In this document: positions 23,310-35,367 of the stretch, in pieces
Position numbering within the stretch: position 1 is the first letter of the stretch
How the letters are laid out: the number at the start of each line of letters is the position of its first letter
Assembly: GCA_963541585.1 (NCBI GenBank)
Contig: CAUTUR010000001.1
Location: forward strand, 1-49,667
Length of the DNA stretch: 49,667 nt
Direction of reading: 5' to 3'
Origin: an uncultured bacterium
GTDB taxonomy: Bacteria; Patescibacteriota; Gracilibacteria; Absconditabacterales; Absconditicoccaceae
The notes under the pieces: generated by a model
What the model was told of the DNA's origin: nothing
Seen by the model: the letters and a program-made list of their open reading frames with translations, nothing else
Databases searched by the model: none
Program-made: the position numbers and the translations under genes

Positions 23310-24158
23310 TTAGCTTTCCCTTTTTTTCATCTGCTTTCATGTCCAGAGCATCTTCCTCATCACAACCACAAGTATTGTGGATAAGGGATTTAAATTGAGT
23401 TTCGTAAACTTTTCAATCATAGTGTAATATTTGATAGGGGAGTCAGCTTTTTCTCTGAAAAAATAGAAGGTTTTCCCTCCAAAATTTTGCAATCCAAAAA
23501 TTTCGTAATAACTTATTTCATCCCAATTATGGACTAAAATCGGAGTTTCTCTCCGTGGTTGTTCTGGATATTCTCAGGTCTGATCAATGATTTCTTGAAT
23601 TTCTTCATCAGAATAGTTGTTGACTTTATGATACAAAAACCACCATCATTCTTCATTCACGAGGAAATTTTTCATCGGTTCGGTAAGGATAAAGTTCCTT
23701 GGTAGCTCTAAAATCTGTTTTCCATTTTTTTCTAAAATATAGTGATCTCCATAAGCCGTAATGAGATATTGATCATCTCAAAAATCCTTTTTCATTGTGA
23801 AAACAATCTCAGGATTTTCTGGATGCTCTGGCTCATATTGAGAATAGTCCACATTTTCCACAATCTGCTTGATCGCAATTGGAGCATCAATTTCATCATA
23901 AATATTTTCAATTTCTCTGATTCATTCCAAAAGCTTATCGCTCTTGGTTTCAAAAATTTTAGAAAAATGGATCTTTGAATTTACTTGGTTTTCAGTGACT
24001 ATGTTTTCTTCGTCTCAAGAAATAGGATTTTTTGATCAAAGCAAAGTACATCCTGTTAAAAGGATTAGCATCAGTCAGCAGAGGAGAAACCAGATTTTTT
24101 TTCATCTTGTTTTAAGAAAAATAAAAAATATCTTATTAAGAAATAAGATTATACTCAA
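23310..24158 (-). CDS. Hypothetical lipoprotein; start uncertain (in-frame TTG at 24156-24158, while the natural ATG at 24103-24105 is one base out of frame)
   Basis: Frame is open from 24158 to TAA at 23310-23312 (all codons checked). It encodes KKIWFLLCGLMLILLTGC (lipobox LTGC) followed by an acidic soluble domain. Confidence 0.6.
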
Positions 24159-24264
24159 TTAAATCAAGTCTTAATTAACAGGTAGTAGTTATTGAAAAAG
24201 TCTTGCTTTTTTTATAGAAGATCATATAGCTTAGAATATCTTTTTATTTTCTATTTTAATACCC

Positions 24265-25578
24265 ATGGCAGACAGTGTTAGTGTTACAAAAAGAACCTGA
24301 TATGGTTCGCGTGTTGGTAGTAGTTTTAAAAAAATCTTCTCAGGGATTCTCCTTGTGCTCCTATCAATTGCGTTACTTGCTTGGAATGAGAACAATTTTG
24401 TTGAGCAAAAAGCTGCGCTCAATGAAGGAAGCAAGGTTGTTGAGGAAACAAGTTCTGAAACTGTTAATCCAGCTCTAGATCAGAAATTGGTTCATCTTGA
24501 TGGAGTGACCTCTTCTCCTGATGAGCAGCTTCAGGATTCAATTTTTTGAGTAAAAACAGAGGATCTTAAACTGGCAAGGAATGTAGAAATGTATCAGTGG
24601 ACAGAATCTTCATCAGAAGAATGTCATGATAATGTCTGAGGAAGTGAAGATTGTACAACAACCTATGATTACAAAAAAAAATGGAAAAATGAAGTGATAG
24701 ACTCAAGTAGATTCTATGAAACGGCAGGACATAGCAATCCTACAGCTATGGAGTTTGAATCTGAACTGCAAGAAAAATCTCCAATTCAGATCGGTGCGTT
24801 TACTTTAGGAGAGGCTTTTGTTGATCAGCTTGATGATTATCAAACGCTTCCTTTACAAGATCAAAAGCTGACTTTCCCATGACAAGAATCCGTTTCACAA
24901 GTAAATGTTCCAGAACAAGAAATAACTACTTGATCCGGAGAGGTACTAGTTTCTTCATGAACCGAAGCATCGCTAAGCGGAGAAGATACTTCAATGGAAG
25001 CTAATGATCAAACATCTCAAAAAGTTGAAAGATTTCACCTTATGGGAAATACTATTTATGTTGGGGAAGACCCAGCTAATCCAAAAGTTGGTGATCTCAA
25101 GATTACTTTTTCCACAGTAAAGGCTTGAATGACAAGTATTATAGGAAAACAGAATGGAAACGAACTTTCTCCTTACAAGACCTCAAACAACAGAAGTATT
25201 GCTCTTTTGGAAAAAGGGAAAGTAAGTGCTGAAGAGATGTTTGCTAATGCTCATGCTGCAAATAGAATGATGACCTGGATACTGAGATTAGTTGGACTTT
25301 TCTTGATGTATCTTGGATTCTCAATGATGTTTGATTTTATTGTTACTTTAGCTAAAGTTCTTCCATTCTTGGCAAGTATTATTGGCGTTGGAACCTCTTT
25401 TGTAGCTTTTGGATTAACAATCATTTTGGGTCTTGGAACGATCGCTATTGCACGAATTGTAGTCAGACCAATCGTAGGAATTCCACTTCTTATTCTGGCA
25501 GTAGGTGGTGGTGTTGGTTTCTTTATGTGGAAGAAAAAAGATAAGAAAGAAGATGTAGCCCCTACAAATAATTCTTAA
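24265..25578 (+). CDS. TMEM43/DUF1625-family membrane protein, 437 aa
   Basis: YGSRVGSSFKKIFSGILLVLLSIALLAWNE, KLVHLDG, LQDSIFGV and LARNVEMYQW follow the DUF1625 pattern. The C-terminus has multiple TM helices. Track ORFs 24355, 24694 and 25129 share the frame of the ATG at 24265. Confidence 0.7.
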
Positions 25579-25602
25579 AAATCAATAATTTTTCCTAATA
25601 AG

Positions 25603-25636
25603 GCATTTTCCATTAAATCATGGGAAGTGCTTTTTT
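25603..25636 (+). terminator. Rho-independent terminator after the TMEM43-like gene
   Basis: gcattttcc (25603-25611) pairs with gggaagtgc (25622-25630), including two G-U wobbles, followed by TTTTTT. Confidence 0.5.
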
Positions 25637-25700
25637 ATAAAATCAGTTGCTTTCTGCTATTTGAAAAGTATACTGATTCAGATTTATTTTTAGCAAAAAA

Positions 25701-26609
25701 ATGCAATTTATTGGAAATAAAAAAGCAAGAGAGCAATTCAAAAATTATCTTGCTCACTACCAATCGACTTCTAAACCTGTTTTTTTTATTATTATTTGAC
25801 CAGAGTGAATAGGGAAAACACTTTTCCTCCGTTCTCTTGCCGAAGAGGTATTAGGGGAATTTCTGAAAACTGATTTTTTCTGGATGAGAGATTTAAGCTC
25901 TCAATTATGAAAAGCACATACCATTCAGATCGAAACGCCAACCAACTTAAAAACCATAGCTATTGAAGATGAAACAATCTACGAAAATAAAGGGGTAAGA
26001 GAAATCAATAGCCGATTACAGCAGTCATCTTTGAGTGGAAAAAAAATTCTTCTTATTGAAAATTTGCAGAGAATGACAAATGCTGCGATGAATGCATTTC
26101 TCAAAACTTGTGAAGAACCTCTAGCAAACAGATATCTTTTTGCGACAGCAGAGCATGAAAGCTGAATTTTGCCGACAATTCTTTCAAGAGCGATGGTTAT
26201 TAGATTTTCTCAGCTTTCAGAGACCGAAATAATGGCGTACCTTTCCGAAACTTTGCATTATACATGAGAAGTAACAGAACAAGAGCTTCTTGTTAAATTA
26301 TCGCTTGGGAAGCCATGAGTACTTCATCATCTCTTGAAACAAAAGGAAGAAAATCCTAACTTTTTTCATCAGATTTTATCACTTTTTGAATTAATGAAAG
26401 ATCAAGGGAATTGGACAAAAAAGTTAGAACTTCTCAAAAAAATGAATGAGTATGGAAGTTTGGATAATTTTATTACTATGATTATCAAACAGGATACTGA
26501 AAATGGAAATGGAACTTTAGCAGAGGAGTGGATAAAAATAAAACAACTTCTCGCCTCAAATATTACCCAAGAAAATGCGCTTCGATATTGAATTTTATCT
26601 CATGTCTAG
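25701..26609 (+). CDS. holB: DNA polymerase III delta-prime subunit, 302 aa
   Basis: FIIIGPEGIGKT P-loop-like motif with both leading Gly encoded by TGA (25797, 25806). NAFLKTCEEP and TILSRA motifs. TAG at 26607-26609. Confidence 0.85.
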
Positions 26610-26611
26610 TA

Positions 26612-27379
26612 ATGTCTACCTACCTCTGACAAAATTTCCTCAAAGATAGTTCTATCATTAGCTTTATTGCTGATGCTATTCAAAAGCTGTATCAAAGTTC
26701 TGAAGCAGAGGTTTTACTAGAAATTTGACCTTGAAAATGAGCAATTACAAAAAAAATTAAACAGATTTCTCCCTCTTTTTTTGTTATAGAAAAAGATACT
26801 ACGATGAAAGATCATTTGATGACTATTGGTTTAGAGGAATCGCAGATTATTTTTTGAGATGTATTGGAAACGGATATTACTTGATTTCTTCAGAATATTT
26901 GAAAAGTGGAAAATCAGGCTCTTGTCGTTTGAAATCTCCCTTATTATATCACTTCTCCGATCTTTAAACATCTTTTTTGGAAAGAGAATCCAGAATTGCT
27001 GGGAGGATTTTTTATGATTCAAGATGAAGTAGGACAAAAAATTAAATCTGATGCGAAGAAAAAATCATATCTTCGATGGCTTGTGAATAGAGCCTATCAG
27101 GTAGATTACGTAAAAATGGTCCCAGCAAAATGTTTTTCTCCAGCTCCAAAGGTAAAAAGTTGTTTGGTAAGATTTACAAAAAAGGAAAAGAAAGAAGCTA
27201 TAGATCCAAACAAACTAGAAGCATTTTTGAATCTCTTTTCTCCCTATAGCAGAAAAACACTATGAAAAATTAGCAAAATGAATGAAAAAAAATGAAAAAA
27301 CTGATTTTCAATCCCTTCTGAACTTCAAGGAAAAAGACTTGAAGAGCTAGATTGGGAAAGCCTGAAAATAATTTTATAG
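26612..27379 (+). CDS. rsmA: 16S rRNA (adenine1518/1519-N6)-dimethyltransferase RsmA/KsgA, 255 aa
   Basis: LGQNFL and EIGPGKGAIT (three Gly = TGA at 26726, 26732, 26738), VGNLPYYITSPI, FSPAPKVKS. TAG at 27377-27379. The start could instead be a slightly upstream TTG. Confidence 0.85.
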
Positions 27380-27397
27380 TCCAAAAAACTCTAAGAA

Positions 27398-28693
27398 CTA
27401 TTTGATTTCCACAGCAATTTCTCCAACAATACTTTTTTTAACCCAAAGTACTTTTATGGAAAGTGATTTTTCTTCACCTTCCTCTAAAGTATGGATTGGA
27501 AGCAAAATTTCTTCTCCAACCTGAGGATATCTCTCTAGATGACTGGTAATAAAATAACTAAGCGTTTCTGCCTCAAATTCATCATCAAGATTCAGCTCTT
27601 CAAATTGAATTCCCAATTCTGACAAAAGTTCATCCATTCTCACATAAGACTGACAGATATATCAATTTCAGTTTTCATTTTTTTGAATTGGAGGAAGCTC
27701 ATCATCACTTTCATCTTGAATTTCTCAGAAGACTTCTTCTATAATATCTTCTAGGCTTACAATTCCCTCAACTCCACCATATTCATCCATTACAACCGCA
27801 ATATGCTTATGCGTTTTTTGAAATTTCTCAAGCAGAGTATCAATCGGCTGACTACGAGGGATCTTGATAATTGGAGCGATTTGGATTGAAGCAAGTAAGC
27901 TCTCCGAATCATGTCTTTTAGTTAATCTCAATAACTCTTTGAGGGTAATGACTCTATCAATACTATCTATCGTTTCATGATACACTGGAATACGGGAATA
28001 ATGATATTCTGTTAAAATGTCTATTGCTTCTGCAATTGTATGTTCGTCACTAAGAGCCTTTATCTTGATCCTTGGCGTCATCACATCTTCCGCAGTTAAA
28101 TCATCAAGTGCGAGAAGTTTCTTTATTTTTAGATCTTGTCCATTATCAAAAATTCAAGCCTGCTTGGAAAGCTCTATAAAAGCTTCTAAATCTGATTCAC
28201 TAACCGTATGTTTTTTTTCTTTTTTCGTTAATCCTTTCATAAGTCGTTCAATTACCACAATAAGCGGATAGAAAATCTTGATCAGTCGTAGATAAAATGG
28301 CGCAATCCTAAGCGAAATTTTCTCAGCATGACTGGTTGCAAAAGTCTTAGGAAAAATCTCTCCAAAAAGCAAAACAAGAATCGTTACAATGATCGTTGAA
28401 AGGGTAATTACCGTAGCTTGTTCATAATGAATAAGTTCGGCAATCTGGATTGAAATAAGCGTAGCAAGAGATGCTGCAGCAATATTTACAATGTTGTTCC
28501 CTATGAGAATCGCTATAAGCATTCTTTCTGGTTCATGCTTGAGTTTAGAAAGTGCTCTTGATCAGGTTTTTTTCTCTCTTCTAAGGGAGCTTACTCTATG
28601 AAGAGGAAGTGCAGTAAATGCAGTTTCACTCCCAGAGAAAAACATAGATAAAAAAAGGAGAATAAGAAATAAGAATAACGATCGGGGATCCAT
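27398..28693 (-). CDS. CNNM/HlyC-CorC family transporter (DUF21 plus CBS pair plus CorC_HlyC), 431 aa
   Basis: N-terminus ...FFSGSETAFTAL (DUF21). CBS-pair region MTPRIKIKAL...IPVYHETIDSIDRVITLKELL. C-terminal CorC-like domain. Three track ORFs share one frame, joined by TGA; two of the three joins translated. Confidence 0.85.
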
Positions 28694-28756
28694 AATTTAT
28701 GATTAAATAAAACATCTCTATCTACTATAGAAAAGCAAAACCTGATTTCAAGTAAA

Positions 28757-28780
28757 AAAGACTGAACAAAATCAGTCTTT
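28757..28780 (-). terminator. Rho-independent terminator of the adhesin gene
   Basis: aaagactga (28757-28765) pairs with tcagtcttt (28772-28780) around loop acaaaa. A T-run follows on the minus strand. Lies 15 nt after TAA at 28795-28797. Confidence 0.6.
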
Positions 28781-28794
28781 CTTAGTGTCGTCTT

Positions 28795-31700
28795 TTACTT
28801 TTTGATAACATAGCCAATATCTTTGAGTTCATAACTATTATTTCTATAGACATCATAGATGACTTCTGCTACTGTTCCTCTCACTTCATCTACTAGGTGA
28901 GATTTTGGAGTGATTGAACTAATATACAGTTTATAGTTTCTCGCTCGATCACCTTTTACTTCTTCTAAGAGTTCATTTCTTACCAATCTTGTCATAATCG
29001 CGGAAAGTTCTCCTACGGTAATCAATTCTTTTGGTCTAAAGGTCGTCTTCTCTTTCTTCCCATCAGCATTCTTGTCTCCATTGAAGATCAGATATTCATA
29101 GGACTTTTTGATATACGGTAATAGCTCTGGATTTGCTTTCTCGAGATCAGTAAAGTGATCATTATAATTTCTACTTGCTTTTCTACAGAGAACATTTGTT
29201 GCAAATTCTGTCATGAATCTTGCAGCTTCTTCTCTGGTTAAGCTTCTCTCTGGAGCAAAGTCTTTCGTTCCTTGCCATTTAGTCAGTGAGTAACTGTAAA
29301 GCATCTGATGAGCTATTCTTAGAAGTTCACTCATTTTATTTCCTTGATCTATAGTCTCTTTATCAAGAGGATTGAAACATGTTGTTTTGATAGTGGGATT
29401 GAACACTTCTGTTTTTACTTGCTCGGTTTTTACTGGAGTTGAGGTATCTTTTTTTTCACAAGATCCATTTAAGCAAGAAGAATCTGGTTTCCTAGTTGAT
29501 CCTCCACCTCCTCCACTATAACCTCAAGAACTTGGTTGAGTAACAGTAATAGTAAAGATTTGACTTGTTTCGTTTCAAGCAGCATCTTTAACCTTTACTG
29601 TAACTGGATAGCTACCTATTGCAACTGCTAAAGTTCAGCTAATAGTTAATGTCGTTGCATCAAAACTTAATCATGTAGGTAAAGGAGAAACATCCCAACT
29701 AACAATTCAAACATTATCGGTTGCTGTAAGAATAATTGGAGTAATCGTCGAGTTAATATTATAAGTAACATCTGCAATAGTTCAAAGTTTTGGTGGGATT
29801 TCATCAATATCATTTAGAGTAATTGTATATGTTCCCGTAGCTGAAAGTCAGAATTTATCCTTTACCTCAACTACTAATGTATAACCACTCACTGTTTCAT
29901 AGTCTAATTTTCCATTAACTTTAAGTTTATTAGTATCAATAGTAAATACATTTCCTGTATTTCCTGAGATGATGGTATAGCTTAAAGTGTCTCCGTTATT
30001 TGAATCTACTCCATTAAGAGTAAAAACTTCCGTTCCAATTGGAGCATTTTCATCAAGCGTTGTAGAATCATTTCAGAGGGTTGGAACAACATTGATATTA
30101 ATAGGATCTGTAAGGTATCCAGTATGAGCATTTCCTACTTTATCTTTTGCAACAATACAGAGATATTTCCCATTCTGACTTGCATCAGTAAACTCAAAAT
30201 TTAAATTAAAAGATTCTGAAGATTGAGGATTTAAAGCTAAAATCATCTCATAATTCTGACAATTTTCGTCCTCTCAAACTCACCAAGTTATCGCTGAATC
30301 ATCATATTTTGGATCATTTTTTTCATTCTCTTTCCAAAGACCAGCTCCTCACTCATCCTTAACACTAAAGCTAACTGTCCACTTTTTTCACTGTTCTGAA
30401 TCTGTTTTTCTTATATTTGAAATGGTAGGTTTTATTTGATCTATAGTATATCCAGATTTCGTTAGGGAAGTAGTATTTCCTGCTTTATCTGTCGCCTTAA
30501 CAGTAATTTTTCAATCAACAATTGGTTTTTTCGCAGTGAATCTACATTGTACCCAAGTATTAGATTTTTGACTACAAGCAAAATCATCAAAATCTAAATT
30601 TGAATTATCACGATCAATCTCTACTGCTCACTGATCTATTCCATGATCATCTACTACATCTATTAGAAAAGGAATACTATCTTTTGTTAGGGAAGACAAA
30701 GGGGATAACGTAATATCAGGCTTTGAAGTATCATAAACTACTGCAAGACTATTCACTCATTCTGCTCCATTGTCATCTTTTGCAGAAATTTTTAGAATTC
30801 AAGTTTTATTAATTCATTTAAAGGTACAAACTACTTTATTTGTTGGACTATTATCAAAATCAACAGGATCTCCATATCCCAAATCCTGATTATTACAAAT
30901 GATTTTTTCTACTCCCGTATCTGAAGGATTTTCAATTTTAATATATTTGATTTTAAACGAACTTGGAGAGTAGATTGTAAATTTTCACTCTATAGTATGA
31001 TTACTAAGTGTAATGTTACTTGGATCAAACTCAATAATTGGCGGAAACTTAATTTCATTTTCTGAAACATTACCCACTTTATCAAAACATTTTATCTTAA
31101 CAGTATGTACCAATTCTCCTGCATTAAAACTAAGATTTTTAGAATCTCATACAACAAACGGAGAGATGGTTTGTGATATTCATCCAGCATCAGTATAAGA
31201 CAATTCACATTTATCAATACCTGCAGCACCAAAGTCTTCAGCACTTTTCAACGTCACACGTGGACTATGAATTCATGGTGTGGTATCAATCTCAACTTGT
31301 GCAGGTTTTGGAGCTTGAGTATCTATGAGATAACCTATTGCTTGTATAGATGCTGTAATCTCTCTTCCTCATTCAACTGTTTTCAAAAATTTAATTCAGA
31401 TTTTCCCATTTGGTCTTTCATGAGTAGAAGAGATTTTAATAGTACAATGGACTACTTTATCATCCGAAGGATCTAGAGTACAATTAAAATCTGAATATTC
31501 AACGGTAGTCTTCGCAGGATCTATAGACAGTACTCAATTATTTAGATCAGCGTTTGTTAGGGGATATAAATTCTTGAAAGTAAAAGTCGTATCCGTAATT
31601 TCTCTATTACTTTGCAGAGTTGGAGTATTGACAGAAAATTGAGCTTTACAGTCAAATTTGTCTTGTCATCGAATATTCAAGCCTTCAGAGATCAATCTAT

Positions 31701-33462
31701 CTCTCAAATCAGCAAAGGTACAATACGTAGACTGAACTCCAATATGTCTAAGCTTTGTAAAGTCCAAAATCCCTGCTTGATGTTTAGCATCTATAGCCTC
31801 CAAAAGCTTTTTATAATTTTCACTCGGATATCGATAGATACCTTTTACTTTTAATGCATCATCTTTAATAACGATACCTCAAAATTGACCATGATTAATT
31901 TGAGAGAAATCCCAATTTGAAATATCGTGAGTAAAACTTGAAGCTCTATTAAACATAAGCCACATACTAGTAACCTTGCTTGTATTCCAACTAGAAATAT
32001 CAGCATTAAATTTTATAGCATCTGAAAACACTCAACCCATATTAGTAACCTTACTTGTATCCCAATTCCCAATTGGTTGATCAAAGTTCTTGGCTCCTCA
32101 AAACATTCCTCACATATCAGTTACTTTAGAAGTAATCCAGCTTCCTATCGGTTGATTAAAGTTTGCAGCATTGTTAAACATTGCTTTCATGGTAGTCACA
32201 TTACTGGTATCCCAATTTCCAATTGGTTGATCAAATTTTGGCGCTCATTGAAACATAGCCTGCATGGTAGTTACGTTACTTGTATTCCAATTTCCTATTG
32301 GCTGATCAAATTTAGTAGCTCAATGAAACATCATAAGCATATTAGTCACATTACTTGTATTCCAATTTCCTATCGGTTGATTAAAGTTTATTGCCTGACG
32401 AAACATTGAATTCATCGTAGTAACCTTACTCGTATCCCAGTTTCCTATTGGTTGATTAAAATCCCTTGCAACATGAAACATAAAGGACATATCTGTTACA
32501 TTACTCGTATTCCAGTTCCCTATTGGTTGATTAAAAACTGTCGCTCAATGAAAAGTAGACTGCATATTGGTCACATTACTCGTATTCCAGTTCCCTATTG
32601 GTTGATTGAATTTATGAGCATAGTAAAACATTGAATTCATCGTAGTAACCTTACTTGTATCCCAATTCCCTATGGGTTGATTGAAATTCTTCGCACTCGA
32701 AAACATCGCTGCCATATTGGTTACTTTACTCGTATTCCAGTTGGAAAGATCTCCATCAAATTTTTCGGCTCAAGCAAACATTCCATACATATTTTCAACC
32801 TTTGAGACATCCCAATTAGTAAGATTCTGGTTAAAATTTTTCGCATTTCCAAACATCTGTCTTGTATCTTTTACCTTACTCGTATTCCGAGTTCCTATTG
32901 GCTGATTAAAGTTTATGGCTCAATAAAACATCGCCCCCATATTAGTTACCTTACTTGTATTCCAATGGGAAATATCAGCATTAAAACTGGTCGCTGTATG
33001 AAACGTTCACCCCATATTGGTTACATTACTTACATCCCAGTTTGAGATATCAGAGTTAAATTTCACAGCTCCTTGAAACATACTTGCCATTGAAAAAACA
33101 TTGCTCGTATATTGATTTGAAGGAAAAATAATCTGACTTTTAAAACTATGAAATAATCCATTTGCATTATCAGGGAACCAGACACCTTCCTTAAACTCCA
33201 CTTTATTAATTTCTTCAGTTTTAAGATTAAGTGTATTTACCATAGAATTCCATTTGGTCATTATAATTTGCCCTGTTCCAGAAGATGCTGGCTGAATTAT
33301 CAAAGTTTGATTCGTTTTATCCCAAACTCCATCCACATTCGTTCAAAGAGTAAAAGTCTGACTTGGCTCATTTACCTGAGCAAAGCTAAGCAAACTTCGC
33401 CCCCCCCCTAGGAAAACGAATCCTAGCAATGCGACTGCTAGCATCTTCCAGAAATTTTTCAT
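28795..33462 (-). CDS. Large surface adhesin-like protein, 1555 aa: signal peptide, about 15 DUF285/BspA-type 26-residue repeats, Ig-like modules, one cadherin-type repeat, SLH-like C-terminal domain
   Basis: Frame checked codon by codon from 29401 to 33462 with no TAA/TAG. Repeats of the form [23 protein letters not shown]. Cadherin-like [46 protein letters not shown]...LNDIDE. C-terminal [14 protein letters not shown] is SLH-like. ATG at 33460-33462. Confidence 0.8.
31900..33120 (-). repeat. About 15 tandem 78-bp coding repeats (DUF285 / surface protein 26-residue repeat)
   Basis: Strings such as ccaattggttgatcaaa and gtaaccttacttgtat recur every 78 bp. The plus-strand ORFs here (32077-32409, 32452-32634, 32681-32905) are their antisense shadows. 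Confidence 0.8.
33400..33408 (-). repeat. Homopolymeric G9 tract (C9 on the plus strand) inside the adhesin signal-peptide coding region
   Basis: Plus strand reads ttcg ccccccccc tagg. It encodes Gly-Gly-Gly at residues 19-21 of [29 protein letters not shown]. Confidence 0.9.
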
Positions 33463-33556
33463 TGTTATAATTTTTATATGTATAAAAAATAAGACATGAC
33501 CAAAATGTAAGGATTCTTTTTGATATTACAAGAAGAAATAACCTCCATAAAGTAGT

Positions 33557-35170
33557 TTACCATTTTAAAAATTTCATCTTTTCAGCTTGATTAGGAAGAA
33601 AAATATCAAGGTACTTATCAATAATAGCATAAACAAAATCAGAAAGATCAACAATACTTAGTTCTTGAGCAGAGATTCAAGGATATTTTCTTGCAAAAAC
33701 TTCTTTAACCTTATGTTGATTCTCATCAATAGAAAATCCTCTTAGGATCAGATTATTCTCTTTTATTATAGGTAAAAAGAGTTGTTTCGCTTTGCGATTC
33801 CAAAGAGAAGTTTTTGCTAATTGTCCTGCCTGATGATAAGAGAGGGTTTTTATTTTTTTGAGCTTTCATTCTTCTTCTTCAAAAAAAGAAAAGCTGATGT
33901 TCTCATCATTTTGATCTATTTCGAAGAAAGAGAAAGGAGTTTTATTGAGAAGAAATTTTTCTCATCACTCAAGACTAAGTTCAGGACTAGCAGGGGAGCT
34001 TCCTTTTCCTAGGTCTCTTGTTGCAAGGAGAGCTCCAGTTTCATGGGTAAAGAAAAGCATATCGCCAATCAATTCTGCTCCATCAAAAGTCAGATTTCCA
34101 CTTAATAATTCTTTACTTCCTACTTCAGAAAATTGAGCATCAAAATTAGTTACTTGATAACGATTAAATTTCCCACTAGATAAGGTCGTAATCATACTGC
34201 TTTTTGAGCCTCTTGGGAGAATACCATTATTGAGCAAAAATCCACTAAGAAGCGAAGATTTTTGATAATTGAGTTTCGGTTCAAGAGAAAATCTCTGAAT
34301 AAGCGTCTGATTTTCACTATTATGCTGACTGGTATAGAGAAAATCTTGAGAAAATACCAAATCTTCAAAATTTCAGAAGAGCGTATAATGCTCCCTTTCC
34401 TGGGTAGGAATATTCAGATCCACAACAAGAAAACTCCAAGCTTTAGGCAATTTATCATCAAAAAAATATTTTAATCCGCGACATACTTTTGATTTAGATC
34501 AAGTAAGCGGTAAGCCATAGGATAAACCTTGCTCTACCAGAGGGAAAAGCTCCGTTTCTGATACTTTATGTTTTACGACATTCTCAAGGGTTGTTTTAGG
34601 AATGTCATTAACTGAAATTAGATAAAATTTTTCGTTTTGTAAGTGAGTTTTAGCAATCTTCCCAGTTTGTTTGAAAAGGTGAACAGGAGCGAGTTTAGCA
34701 TTCGAAATTTCATAAATCAGAAGTAAACTCTCATCCTTATTATCTACCTTTTGTGAAGCACTAATCAACAAGAGCTTTTCTCAAAAAAATTGTACAGAAA
34801 CATCGTAAAAAGATTTTGGAAGTCTGATTTTTGCGATTTTTTTTACCGCATTAAAATTGATAAGAGAAGTACCGGACTCTTTAGGTCATTGAACAATCGT
34901 AAGAATCTGATTTTTTTTATCATAAAGAGGAATAAAAGCAGAGCTTGCACTATGAGCTTCTCACCTATTAAAAAATGGAGGATGAGTTTTTTTTACTTGA
35001 TAGAATTCTTGTTCAAGAGCTTCCTGTTTAAGAAGTTGCTTAATCTGTTTATTAAAATCCGCACAAGAACTGATTTCTTGTCGATCATGATTTTTTCAAG
35101 AGCTTGCAAAAGTAGCAAGTGGACTTATCCCAATAAGCATGGTCAGCAAGAAGAGGATTCCTTTATTCAT
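33557..35170 (-). CDS. Secreted hypothetical protein, 537 aa
   Basis: ATG at 35168-35170 with signal peptide MNKGILFLLTMLIGISPLATFASS; TAA at 33557-33559. Track ORFs 33965-34360 and 34499-34771 share this frame, and all gaps were checked. Lies directly upstream of the adhesin gene on the same strand. Confidence 0.7.
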
Positions 35171-35303
35171 CATCTCTTAGAAAAGATAAACGATACTGAT
35201 AGTAAGGTTCCATTTCTTTTTTTCAAGAAAGATTGCATTTTTCTTATCAAAAGGATTTTAACATAAAATTTTCTAAAAAGAGTCATAATTTTTTTTCAAT
35301 ATC

Positions 35304-35331
35304 TTGCTTTTTTAGAAAAAATTGATATAAT
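35304..35331 (+). promoter_or_regulatory. Candidate sigma70-type promoter for the ATPase gene
   Basis: TTGCTT (35304-35309), 16-nt spacer, then extended -10 TGATATAAT (35323-35331), 37 nt upstream of the ATG at 35368. Confidence 0.35.
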
Positions 35332-35367
35332 AAAAGTATCTTATTTCAAAAAACAAAAATCTGAGCA

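Noticed and set aside
16244-24264. Calling the defense island a mobile element
   Set aside because: No integrase, transposase, flanking direct repeats or tRNA attachment site is visible in or around the block.
31900-33120. Regular 78-bp periodicity that might be mistaken for a CRISPR array; plus-strand His/Ile-rich ORFs at 32077-32905
   Set aside because: There are no unique spacers. The period is a multiple of 3 and translates on the minus strand into DUF285 26-residue repeats within a long ORF. The plus-strand ORFs are antisense shadows.
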